Of a stretch of DNA of 64,000 bases, positions 11,830 to 25,583 are shown piece by piece (the first letter of the stretch is position 1; the number at the start of each line of letters is the position of its first letter). The position numbers and the translations under genes were made by a program. The DNA is from Mizuhopecten yessoensis (Eukaryota): NCBI RefSeq assembly GCF_002113885.1, contig NW_018405113.1:573356-637355 (forward strand), in the 5' to 3' direction. The notes under the pieces are model-generated. The model saw only the letters and a program-made list of their open reading frames with translations. It searched no databases and was not told the DNA's origin.

Positions 11830-14800
11830 GCTGAATTTAGATTTTCCCAAAAATCAATAGAAATCACTGGCACGAAGAAAACACCGATCCAGAAATGTTA
11901 TCATGACAATCAGCGATCTGCAATAAAAAACAATGAAGATAATATAATATTTACAGATACAGTTTATTTTATGTAAGTAATTTAACAATAAACACAAATC
12001 TTACTGTATCAGTAATTACTAACTGGTGAATCACAAAACAGCAACAAATTCAAACAATGGATATGGGTATATTGAGAACAAAAAGACCAAGTCTTTTAAA
12101 CGCAATCACAAAGAAACAATCGTATAAAGTAAATGCTTTATAATAAGATAAATGTATTATGATGTATAAAATGGTTTATAAGAAAAGCTGTGATTTAATT
12201 ATTTAAGTATGAAAAAGTAAATGATTTATAATATAAAATATAATTATTGATTTAATTATATAAAGTAAGTGATTTATTAAATATAAAAGAATGGACATAT
12301 ATATATAAGATACAAATGGTCATGGCCGTACCACATGAAGTATGCGTAGTCATCATGATAAATAATATAAATATGTGATGTCCTTCAATCGAGCTGACAT
12401 GATGGACAAACTACAAGCAGCAGCAACGTTTTAATCTCACCTGAATATAATCTCAATTTAGTTAATAACCTCATGATCTTATACATCCCAATCGATGTTT
12501 AAAACATCATATAAGATTAAATCAATACAAACGCTTATTTTTTGTTTTACTGATATGTCACTAAGCTAACATAACTCTGAAACACACGAGGTAATGTGCA
12601 GCAGGACTAAGCAAATAGCTCGGTAAGGACGAACAAACACACACAAAGTACAATACACAGTTACGTAAGGTATAGGTATTGACTCGCCATCATATTGACA
12701 AGTCTTCGTTGAATTTCAAACACTCACGGTTCTCTCTGCACAAACAGGAGCCATAGACCGGGTATAGTTATCTATCATTAATCAATTCAACCGGAAAATG
12801 CGGCTCAACAGACCAAAGAAAACCTCGATAGGAATACAGTTGATTAGGGAAGGTTTTTGTATCAAATATAAAAAAGATGAGATTTCAAACGATTGTTTTA
12901 TCGATTCAAACCCATGGAAAAAATCGTTATTACTTGACACACATTTGAATGGCGTAGCAGTAGCGGACGAAGCAATATTTACCTTACTTACAAGACAACC
13001 TCGCTGATTTTAAAGGATTTATCGGAAATGTGGAAAATCGACTATATTACTTGCATCGAAAGTTATTTAAATAGTATATCAACTAGTGCTTTCTTTTATA
13101 TCAATCAAATGCCTGAACACAATTCAATAGATAGACTGAACATGCCCAGGACCTGTGCCTCTGAATATGAATATTTATATTCCAGATTTGATGACAACAT
13201 TTTCGACAGGGATATAGGAGTTTTATGATAAATGGATCAGTTTAGACATCATAAAACTTGACAAGAATATGATGATACAATTCCCTTGCCTCACCGTCAT
13301 TCTCTGTTGGATTTAAATGGATCGAACCCCTCTGTTACCTGATGAATGTCTACTTTAAAACCCCCATTAAAGACTACACGAGCACATTGATATCCGTGAT
13401 GGATAGGATATCATACCTGGGATAAAGATTACAGGCTACATTAGCTCGCATAGATAGACACAGATAAAACCACCGTTGTTAATCTCTTTTTCACCGTGAA
13501 CACGTGTACTGAAGACTACATTCACACAAACGATACACTTTACCTTACAGCTGCGAATTCGAACAGTTTCGCTTAGGAATTGATTCTGAAATCGAGTGAA
13601 TTCCTCTCAACACACTTTCGTTTCTTGATGGCCGTTCGGCTCAAATTATGTCATGACTTGATGTCAAGAATAAATGTTGTCTTTCAAGTCAACGGTGTTT
13701 TAAATCATTAATCTTTTGCGGTGTTCGGTTCAAACCGCAAAAGGACTAGGTAGCGAATCAAAGTGGTACGACAAATATACATACCTGAAAGAAACGATAA
13801 ATGCCTACCGCTGTTAATTGTTGTATGTCCTCGCTTATCAGTTTAAAAAATAATTAAACTCGATTATAAAAAACGATTCTTCACAATTATTTAAGCTAAA
13901 GAGTGTCATCAGATAAAAAATATCATTACCATCGGCACTGTTGTGTATTGTTTGAGTCAATTGCTACAATTTTTACAGAATAACAGATGTCCGATATTTG
14001 AGAATTGTGAAACAACTAAAACATAGATATTGGTTTAGCACGAGGGACCTATTCACTGTTTTACACCTCAGCAATATTGCTATCCAGAAATTGTAAATTA
14101 ACTATATAAAAATGAAAATGGATACATCACAAAAAAATGAAAAGATGTTAAGCAAGAATATCTACTTCTATAATATAAGGGAGAAAACTCGAAGTCAAAA
14201 AATCAGGTGTGAAGTTGAATTTGAACTTGAAACATGAATATACACAGAAATGATTTAGGCAAGCAAGTTTAAATACATGACAAAGACTAATGAAACTTTT
14301 AATATGTAGTTCTTTCTTTATTCCTGATCTTTTCTCAATACAATATTCTATTCATGAAACGCCTAAAGATTACTACAATTTTTTTTTATTAAACGTAATA
14401 TGTTTCAGATATTAGTTCTCAATAACGGCATGATTGGCAGGCTTTATGGGTGTTATGCATACGTCTATAACTCCTCAGTACACGGAAAAGGCGTGAATAA
14501 TATAATTGGCATCTCAAAACATGTTGCTCACGATTATGTGATAAACTTTATCGTGATTGATCGTATAAGTTCATGTGGCCTATATCAATAACATTATATT
14601 GATCGAAGAAATAATTTAATAATGTAGCGGTATTGCATTGTATTATACCATATCTAACCATGCTACCAGATTACGAAAGTAACATAGCAACCAGTGATAA
14701 ATGATGCTAAGTAAACGGAAAAGACATTTTGATAACATTTTGAAATATTTGCTTTTCTAACAGGTACAAAATCAAGACAACTATTTAACTCAGTTTCAAT

Positions 14801-16943
14801 CTACTAACAAGCATAGCTTTGTCCAGGTAGATGAATTACACATGTCAGCTATATGTGAAGGATATTGATCAATACGTTTGAATTTCATATTGACATTCAC
14901 AAAAAATTACAAGCGAAATTGAACAAACATCAGATATCTTTTTGTAGCAAAGATGAGGAAACACGTCTAAAACAGAAAATCGACATCTTAACAAAGATAA
15001 ATCAATGCTACCTGGGCGTACTAATTGACTTTACCTGCTGTATGTATTAAATACACTTAAAGCACTTAATCTCTTACCTGAGTTTGCTTTATACAATTCA
15101 TATCTAGCCATCTATATGTGGTGTAATGACGTACATGTGGACTTAGCGAAATCGATGAAACTCCCTACCTATTTTATTTGTATAGTATTTATTTTGTTCT
15201 TGGTGTTGATACGTTTTAGCTAACTGCTGATTTATACTACGAAACCTCGCCTAGCATTGATTCATTAGCAAAATATCTAATTAAAACGGGTAGCGGTAAT
15301 TCACTGGCTATCATCATTACGATTGAAAGCATTTTAATATAAACAAACGTAAAAAATCGAATGAATTGATTAAATTTCAGCACTCTCAAAAAAAGCACTT
15401 AAGTTCCCAATTAATCAATATATTCATGCATTCAGTTGATTTTTTTTTTACATTTAAGATTCAAATCGAAAAAGTAATAAATTCCATATTAATTGAAATG
15501 TGTAACCACTCTCCCATTGTCACTGCTACACCTAGCGTTTTAATGAGGAACTGTCGGTCCAATATAGTTATGTACATAGTAAGATTTTAATATAACAGTT
15601 TTCTATTTTTACGTGATCTCTTTAAATCTGAGGAAGATCAAAATATGGTTTAAGGCACATGTACATACGTGTTATAAACGTTCTAACATTTGTGCCCAAC
15701 AGTTAAACAGTTTATAGAATACAATAATCAAGGTACTAGGTAATCAAGAAGTGTGTGTTCATTCGTTCTCTCAGTAATTAATTTGACTACTGCAACATTG
15801 GTAGCATACACATACACAAATATAGAAACAACTGATGATATTAAAAAAACTAAGACTGAAAATACATCAACAATGCACATTTACAGCAATTGCTTGATTT
15901 TACTACACGGAAGGATGAAAAGCATATAGAGAGATGTATAAATACCCAAATCCATAATGATTGGAATAAACTTCATCTTGCTTCATATTCTCCAATAGTA
16001 TATAACAATAAGACCTATTATACTGTGTATAAATCTTACCTTGCATTTATAAACGTCCCAGGAATTCGATAAGATGCCGACAAAAATACAATGAACATTT
16101 ATATCATTATATTGGCACCAGAATTAAGACAGCCAGTAAGCATGTAAAGATACAACACCTTCACTACACTGTGGCTTGCCCACCAGTTACCATAGTGTAT
16201 ACCTGTACGACTATCTCCACATACACAAACACACCTGTATATATCACCTATATATCACCTGTATCCGTATAGGTAGACGCAACCAGTCACCACACGAGCC
16301 GACTACGGCCAAGTGTCGTACTGGGTGATAAGGCAGGCATGCAGGACCATAGTGGCCAGGGGTACGAGGCGACCACTTCACATGTGTTAGGTTACTATAA
16401 ACTATTAAATATGAATAACTTATCATCCACTTGTCTGAGTTTGTCCGGCTTTACCTTTGGTACACTGGGCAGTGTTTGCAAGTGCGCGAGTAAACGTAAA
16501 ATGGACTTTTATCGAACACGAACTTGCTCTTGTGACATAATAAATTTCAACTTAATGTCATACAAAACGGTACTTAAATTCTAATCTCTTCTGAAAATAA
16601 ATTTCTCGGTCATATATTTTCTACTGGAAGCATTTTGCATCAATAAATTGTTCAAAGAAGTGTACCGATATCCTTGTTGCTTTGTGTGATATACAGGCTA
16701 TAGAGTCTCTTTCTATTCAACGCTTCACGACACTGGAGTGTAACTAAGATATGCGGAGCATTTTAGCTTACTCGGAGACAAATAATGGGGTATAAGGCAT
16801 TACTTGTGCTTATACGTGGCGAATCAGCTACAAGTGTACATATAGCTTAAAAATGGGCTTTTGTCTTTAGAATAAAACCATTTTTAGGAGTGACTTATAT
16901 AAATGTGATTCTATATAGTAATGAAACTCACCAATAAGCACCT

Positions 16944-17075
16944 ATTCCGTCTTTTCTTATTGCAGAGTTATCTGCTCTTGTGAGCAGGTATTGATTGTTA
17001 CGTCATTAGTTTGTGTGAGAAAATTACGTCGAAAATTACACGAGCAGATAACTCTGCAATACGAAAAGACAGAAT
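16944..17075. mobile_element. 132-bp MITE-like inverted repeat
   Basis: ~38-bp arms ATTCCGTCTTTTCTTATTGCAGAGTTATCTGCTCTTGT and ACACGAGCAGATAACTCTGCAATACGAAAAGACAGAAT, about 3 mismatches. Confidence 0.75.
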
Positions 17076-20000
17076 TAATAGATTAAATTCATGAAACAAC
17101 CATAAAACAAACTACATTTTAAAAAAAAATGATAAAAATGACTTCGCTTTAAAAAAAATCATAGTGATTTAACAAGCAATGCACGGAACGCCCTCACAGC
17201 CTTCACAGGTCAGAGAACCACGTGTCAGTTTATTTCGCCTCTAGAACTGATGAAAAATCGATTGGTTTTAAAGCAAGGGTTATTGAAAAAGACATTTAAT
17301 TTATATGGAATGTTATCTTATGTAGATCTACTTAATATAAAAGGACGCTTTCGTTTGCCCAATAACCACACAATCACTAGATGGGGGCCAAATGTAGAAA
17401 GTGTCCTAGCTTTGGTAGTAATTTATCTTAATGTTTCCACAATTCTTAAAACTAAAAAGTGGTTCGTATACATCTTCAAAATGTTTATCAAAATGCAATA
17501 CATTCAATAATAATGAGTGTTTGCTAACACCTTTTCAAAAATTGAAAATTGAAAGTTTGACTTATATGTTAACAGCTTATGATACTTAATACAATCTGGT
17601 CCACATGATAAATGACGACCATGGTCAGTGATGGTCAGTTATCACACGTCTGTGGTACTATAGAAACATACTATTGATCAAAACAGCATTGTCAGTCGTA
17701 CATATATATCTATATATATCTCTACCATTGTTGCCTTTGCACACGCATGTTTATACTCACACAGTAATGAGTTTCAACAACAGCTTACTTAGCATCTTCT
17801 AAATGGAAGCTTACAGAAGCTCCACTATCGAATTTTCATTATAAAACAAAGATTTCTTTTCACGTCAACGTTACAATAAAAGCAACAAACCATTATACAG
17901 ATAAGCTAAGCAGGCAATTATTTGTCAGTATTGTACGCTGTACTTGGAACAGAGAAAGTATGTTTGATATCCTTTATAACCCTTCAGCAGTGTCAACTGT
18001 AAATAGAGAAAACGACCAATACACAACGATCAACAGGCTTTACAAAGCTGGCTGCCCAAATTGGATAAATGCAAACATTCAATCGTTTACCATTTATGTT
18101 TGTCAAGAAATCTGATTTTTGTTTACCTGATCAATATCTGATTATAATGTATCTGCTTAATCAATAAAATGCATTCTTGTGTCAGTAATACAAGAATTAA
18201 ATGGTTTAAAGCCGGACTGTTATTTTTTATTCATTTATTTATAATAAAGATGTGGGCTTGTTTTCTGAATGAATTCAATCTACATTAGTACAATATCTTC
18301 ACAGTTCCTTTCTCCACACGTACACACTTGTTACGCTTCACACGGGTGGTCATTTAAATGTTATTCCATGGTTTCTTAACTGAATTATTTACAATTCAAC
18401 AAGACCAACATCTCATACATGTTTAAAAGAAGTCCAAATGATTTTCCTTGATTGTCATTTATAGTATTCTTTGATCAATTCTTTGATCAATGAAAGAGTA
18501 ACCGATATTTTGTCAGGAAAAATCGACCAAAACACGTTTGAAAACTCCAAACAATGAGATTTTTGTTGTTATCTATTTCATTCAATGTTTTGCAATATAG
18601 GATTTATGGATATGCGACAATAAACGTTTTAAAACCCGCAATAGTTGTACAACGGAGAATGGGAGAAAGAGATAATGTTTTATGACAAATACTCCTATGC
18701 CCTTACGTTATTGACAAACTGCGATATCTCCAGTACTTATCATGTCTTGTTTCATTTACACACGCAGTACAATACCTGTCCTATTTGGATTTGAACGAGT
18801 TATTCTGCGATACGTGGCCTTATTGTAATTTATGAGCAGCACGGCGAATCGTACCACACGCTGAAATACAGCCCTGATAACCTGGTTTCCTACTCATATA
18901 CTGTACATCAGGTAAATCCATATCAATATCCTAGTATATAAAAGTGTGAAGTCTCTGTTTAAGTACTGTGTTAAAAGAATATATGGGAAACATTCACAAA
19001 CACCCTTCTGGATAAAATTTAAAGGGATCAAAACACATTGAACTTAGGGTAGATGAATTCCTTATAATAACGATTGTTTTATCGTAAAATGCAATTTAAA
19101 CTTATATGAACCTTTAATCTAAATACAATGAGTGAATCATAAATATGATTCTGTTTAATCTGTCTTAATTCTGACACATATATACACACACGTCGATAAG
19201 TAAAAGCTTTCTAAACTTCCTAATCTTCAAGGTATATAACAAATCGTACAACCAACTCTACGACTAGAGTTCAGGCACTGACTCATGATCCACGTACCAC
19301 CTTATAAGGGCTTATATTGTTGTAGTTCTACAGAGGATTGTAACATGTATATCCTCACAAGTTGAAATATGCCCAAGCTGTGATTATGAAAAACGTCTCG
19401 ATACTTGATCGGTAAACTGGTGTGCATTATCACGTTTGTGCACGTACGACCTAGATGTTTGTATTTATTTTTCTTGGCAGTTGTGTGCTGTTGTAGGTAT
19501 GTTGTCTTTCAAAATAAGTATTTAATCGAAACAATCGAAGGTCATTACCATCCAGTAAAAGGTATGTAAGAGTGGGAAAGTGCCCAAAGTCTGATTATTA
19601 AAATACTTCAGTGTCGTTAACCGGGTATGTCCTCAATTTAGCTAATACATCTTTACAAATCATAACAAAAGTAAGGGAAATATTGGCAATCAGTTAAGAG
19701 AACAATATCCGGTTAATAATTTCATGTTTTGTTTATTTTTTGAATCGGCTTCGTAAACATATTTACTATCAAAACAAGGTCACTCTCTTGGGTGTTATTA
19801 GTGGTCCTATCGGCTAAAATAAATGGATTAAATGAAATATCATTTTCCACAATAATAAAAACTGAAAAAAGCATAATTTAATCAAATTTTAAAATTGTAT
19901 GAAAATAAATAGAAATATTATCCCTTGCAACGGAAATGAAAATCGTATTCAGCTGTATTAAAAAATAGTTTGATTGATAATGAATTAATGTTAAATTTTA

Positions 20001-22439
20001 ATCTAGGATATGATAATGAATGTATATGTTAATGGTTGGAACACAATTGTCCACATTGCATGACAATGGTGATATAGCTTATTATTTTACAATTTGAAAG
20101 GGAAAAACAAAAGAAATTTAAAAGCATTTTATAAGTAAGTTTGAGTTCGATACATCTGGCCCCTGATACTGTTTGTGTTGTCTTAAGATTATCAATCCCA
20201 GAACATCACATTTCTTTTTCGATTCTAGTAATTATGAAAATGTCACTGATATCTCCATCAATTTTATGATTTAATGAGTCATTCAGTTAATGTATATTGA
20301 AAAAAAGAAAGAAAAAAAGAAGAGATCAACCGATGTATCAACACACATGAAACAAACTCAATTGAAACGACAATAACAGACGCGACGAAAATGCGTTCGG
20401 GATCCCCGCTGTTCAAAGATGTATGATCAATAAATCTTTCGATGAATTATTTTTAAGTTATCTTTTTCAAAAAGTTTTTAATAAAAGTATGAATAATATG
20501 ACCTCATTATCTTAGAAAGTTAAGGTTAGCCACGGAAAATTCAGTTTGATTTGGTGAATTTAGAAAATGTTGAAAACAGTATTTGATTGTTCAAGGATAA
20601 CCATTCTTCGAACTGGCAGTGGGTGTAGTGTTCTATACAAATACAGAGACAAGATGCCATCATAAGAGACGACTGAAGCTTGTCCCCCATAGAATCGGGA
20701 TTTGTGGACGTTTCTAGTGCAAGAAGGTACAATTTGTATATCATTTTCATCGCCTTGCGTGACCTTTCAGTTCACTCATTTTCCACCTCACGACCGGTAT
20801 GTTTTGATTGTGTCTAATTTCCGTCAAACAAACAGAGATAGAAACAATGAAAACAAGTATCTGAAAATAAATTTCACCTTTGTGTCATATGGTCATTGGG
20901 GAGAGGAATTTCCTTAACTGTCAGATTGATTTACATTGTCAATTTAATCTATTTCATATATAGGTATCAGATCTGACAATAACGTGGAATCTCAGTATCG
21001 TAATATCTAAATGCCACAGGATGATCGAGGTTCTGATCTCACCATTACACCGTAATATCATAAACAAAAGTTTTTTTTATCATTAGTGACATAGTGTACA
21101 TAGACACACATATTGAAAGATGTTGTTTGATTTTCTCGTACAACGTAGCTTAATCAATTGATGTACATCTGTGTTAATTAGATATAAAATAACGTACCTG
21201 ATTATGGCAGCAACATGTTTCCGCTCTGCCACAGCCCCTTCTTCACTTCCGACTACCTCTCGATAAGTTATAGTCTGGTTGTCAAAAGAACGCACTTCAA
21301 TATATAAATATGTGCCAAAATCAAGTGTCTGAGTCGGTACTGCCCTCTGCATACTAATCGATCCAATCCTAAAAGTTAAACCGGATTTGTGGCGGAACAA
21401 GTAGGCTGAAAGATTCTGTGTAATACACTTAGGTCTCATATATATACATATACAACTATAATTCTACATTTGTCATAATGTTAACTCTAACAGCGCATTA
21501 GGCCTACGTATGTTAAATACATCCTTCCCCGCTGATCTTTACCTATACCCAACAGTCTAAGGACATTTTATTGGGTGATGAACTGTCTGCGTCTCTTTTG
21601 TTAAACATTTTGATTAAGGTTCGGACAACTTACGCTATACGGATATTGCAAATGTAAAACAAAGCGGAGCACTACGATTCGAGCAGATATTGAACGCTTT
21701 ATGTCTTTACAAAGTAAATAAAACCAGGCATTTTATTTGATCAGACATGCAAACATTGAAGTGCTTTTGTATCGTCTCCGTGAATTTATTGTGAAACAGA
21801 TTTGAACTAACCCGTGTGCTACTAAGGTTGACATTATAACAGTAGGGGTATTTTATCAAACGGGTGAAACTTAAACTGTTAAATGTCGCTTAAACCTGCC
21901 TCGTCGCCAGACTACAGATGAATGATTACGTGATGGGCAAACACTCAATGCACTTTCTTGTCGCTTGTGTGGAGTTTTTCTTATGTAAATTTATATCAAA
22001 ACGATATCAATCATTTCTGATTTCCAATATATGTGCAGTCACTGCCTGCCTTAGACTCAGCTTGATTTGTAAAGTACGTGCGGGGTGTAGAACGAGTCCC
22101 ATACAAACACGTGCTATAATTAACAGCTCGTCTGTCACTGTGTGACCTGTTGTCGTATGGTTCTACAGTGCTATCCAATATACCTTGACAACTTCATTAC
22201 TTTTCTACAGAAGGAATGTAATTAGGATGCATAATGTCATAAAGTAGATACCAGTTACACAATAATTCTATTTAAAAATATGCATAAGTCAACTTTGTTA
22301 TTACGAACTTTGATATCACGAATTATTATTCATGTTGATGTCGGTTTATATAGATTTCGACTGGAATATTTGCTTTTACGTTTGGTTTAAAGTCGTTTAT
22401 GATCTTGTTTTTTTTGTGTAACATTTTACTTGTTTATTA

Positions 22440-23060
22440 TCAAAGATAAGTATTACACTTGTATTTACTATCACAGACAGATATTTCACTTGTATTTATT
22501 ATCATAGACAGATATATTTCACCTGTTTTTAGTATGACAGAGGGGTACCACACTTGTACCTAGTATCACAGACATATATTACACTCGTTTTCAGTATCAC
22601 AGACAGGTATTACACTTGTATTTACTATCACAGACATGTATTACATTTGTTTTTACTATCACAGACTGTGAGGCAGATATTACACTGGTATTTAGTATCA
22701 CAGACAGGTATTACACATGAGTTTACTATCTACACATGTATTCACCATCACAGACAGATATTACACTGGTATTTACTATCACAGACAGGTATAACACCTG
22801 AATTCACTATCACATACAGATATTACACTTGTTTTTTACTATCACAGACTGTGAGACAGATATTTCACTGGTATTTACTATCACAGACAGGTATTACACA
22901 TGAGTTTACTATCACGAGACAGGTACTACACATGTATTCACCATCACAGACAGATATTACACTGGTATTCACCATCACAGACAGATATTACACTGGTATT
23001 CACTATCACAGACAGATATTACACTGGTATTCACCATCACAGACAGATACTACACTTGTT
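22440..23060. repeat. ~30-bp minisatellite
   Basis: Unit ~ATCACAGACAGATATTACACTGGTATTCACC/T, about 20 variably degenerate copies with a higher-order variant pattern. Confidence 0.92.
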
Positions 23061-25029
23061 TGATTTTGTTTTGTTTTCTGTTCATAATTTTGCTAGTTGT
23101 CACCATCGGTACCACATTGCGGTAATGTCATATGGAGCATTAACAAATACCATTATAATAAGCTTATAATCTATGGTAAAGTGACTACCAACAAATCGAA
23201 ATAATAAGTCTATGACAAGAAGCTCCAAAGATACGTTTGAGAAATCTGTTTTCGAATATTGCATGGTAACGATAAAACTTTGAACTTACAGGTCAGATAG
23301 GTGATAGTCAGTAAAACAACACACGCATTTCACTGTGTGGATTGCGGAACGATATAGGAATTAGATTTGAACCAAACGGTTCGACAATCTTAATCAAATT
23401 ATGGTTCCACAAGTGGGTTTTTTCTTTCAAAATCGACACATTACCTTCAGTGAATAAATGTTGATTACCTGTTGTGAGATCGTTTCTGAATAACTGTTAA
23501 TATAATAATAGGATTACGTCATATTGAAGTGATAGGAATTACTGAATTAAACACAAGCAGTATTTTACAACGCGATAGTAAAACTATAAGCTATGGGGGA
23601 AACCATTGTTTGTAAGTTTGGTATCCAGGTAATGACATCTCAGAATATCATTATGTAACAAAAAATATGTTTTAATAAGATTGACGTTAAACTGTAAACC
23701 GACTGGACAAAGAGGGTAATATATATAACTAATTGACAATTATAGTTGTGCGTTCCCGAGGGAAATTTGTGGTTCTGTGCAATTCCTTGCGTTAAGCTTA
23801 CTGGAGTTATCTCCCTTCAAAATGTTATTCATAGGCACTTAAATGATATACCGAAAAGACCAAATGTGGTAGTTTAAAGAGATAGACATGAACAGTAATA
23901 CATTTGGTACGAGAAGCCCTTTGTCTTATACAGTATATATAGATAGATTAATCATGAAATATAACCCTGGATCGAGAGTTATTCTTACGACAGACTAATA
24001 TGAAAATATCACTGTGAGCAGATATAAAAAGATGTAACAATGGAAATAAGAATAACAGGGACGGATCCAGAATTTTTCAGGGTGGGGTGGGGGGNCCAGA
24101 TTTCCAGTTTATTTTGCGATCTATATCTACATCTTTCTTGATTTTGTTTTTCTTCTCTTGTTTATTAGTATGACTATAATCACGGAATTAGATTTTATCT
24201 AAGTCCATGATATAACTAATGTATTCATTTAATTTTGAATTGTCCTTCATGCAAACGTAACACATGTGCTAAGTGGCTACTACGGACCACCGACAATACA
24301 GGTAAAAAGTCTGTATCATGGTCCGCTGACCAATTTACTTGATGCTGGGCCCGGAGTGCACGTGGTGATATCAATTGGTGTCAACACCGAGTTTAAACCT
24401 GTTGGAGTGGGGTGGGAGGGTGTGGTGCTTGGACTGTGTGATACACAACTATTGAATCACCAGTCAGGAGTAAAAAAATCATTGAAGAAACAAATTAAGT
24501 CCAGGGCAGAGGGGTGTCATCTGCGCTGGTGAATAAGAATAAGAAACAAAATGCACATCAAAACTGAAATTAAAAAATATATTTACATGGTTAGAAACAT
24601 GCAGGAAATAACATGCTGATAAATATATCAGTTAAGTTATATTTTAAAGTTCCAGGCAAATACAAGGCTGAACACACTTACAATGTAACTATTATCAATG
24701 TAACAGGTAAAATAAAATAGTACACCAAGATTGTGAAATGTGATTTAGAGAAAATTTTAATTAGTTACACTTTCAAAACTCAAATAAATATAAAATTAAC
24801 TAAAGTAAAAAAATATTAAAGTAGAAAAATAAAGCACAGCACATTGGGACTGCCTATGAAATCAAAGGATATCGGACTGTTGACGGAAAAAGTGTCTTGA
24901 TGATAGATGTTTCGCGTTATTTTATTAAGAACTATTCAAATCGTTATTAACTCAATCATAATATCTAAGGAGGAACTACCGTAATAAGTTTTCCGGATAT
25001 TCTTTTCCTACAGTAGTGTTCACCTGTGG

Positions 25030-25170
25030 TGCGATTCGCGCGCCATCTTCAACTTCCGGCAAACGTCGTCCAACGTGCGTGCCCTGAAATTGTGCCGGTT
25101 CCTAGTCGTTTTACCGATTTGTACAAACAAAACCGCTGCATTCACATTCAAGACTAGGCTGTACATGAGG
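25030..25170 (+). promoter_or_regulatory. Putative TATA-less housekeeping promoter and non-coding first exon of the SNF gene
   Basis: CpG-rich patch with YY1-type CGCCATCTT (25041-25049) and ETS-type ACTTCCGG (25052-25059). Candidate donor GAG|GTTTGT at 25169/25170. The acceptor TTTTCAG ends at 25578, five nt before the ATG. Confidence 0.6.
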
Positions 25171-25583
25171 TTTGTTTTCCAATGTCGATGCGTCGTGACA
25201 GAAACGAATGATGTATGTCTGATATTTTTTTAGAAATGAGCAAGAATGAAGCGTAACTGCTGACAAAGCCCCCCCCCGCTTTTGTTTTGTCGTCGTATTT
25301 ATATTTCACTTGATGGTCTCAATTCAATCGTATCTATGGTCATTACTCGATATTGTTTAAAGCAGCAAACATAATTCGTTTCATAGTACCCTTTTCTGAG
25401 GTTTCTTTTCCTAGTTCGAGAATTTGACAGATCTATATCAATATATAATCTTCAATCCTTGCCATTCATTCCATCATAAGTGAATTGAATTTATGTAAAT
25501 CCGTTAAATGAGAATAAAAGTAGCCATAGCATGCAACTTATTGATCATTGCAATAATATTTTTATATTTGATTTTCAGAAAGA

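Noticed and set aside
11686-11976. 96-aa + strand ORF
   Set aside because: Antisense shadow of the 328-aa gene, with a non-ATG start.
22554-23169. 169-aa and 89-aa repetitive ORFs; CRISPR-like periodicity
   Set aside because: A 30-bp minisatellite keeps the frames open. There are no unique spacers and no cas genes, and the context is eukaryotic.
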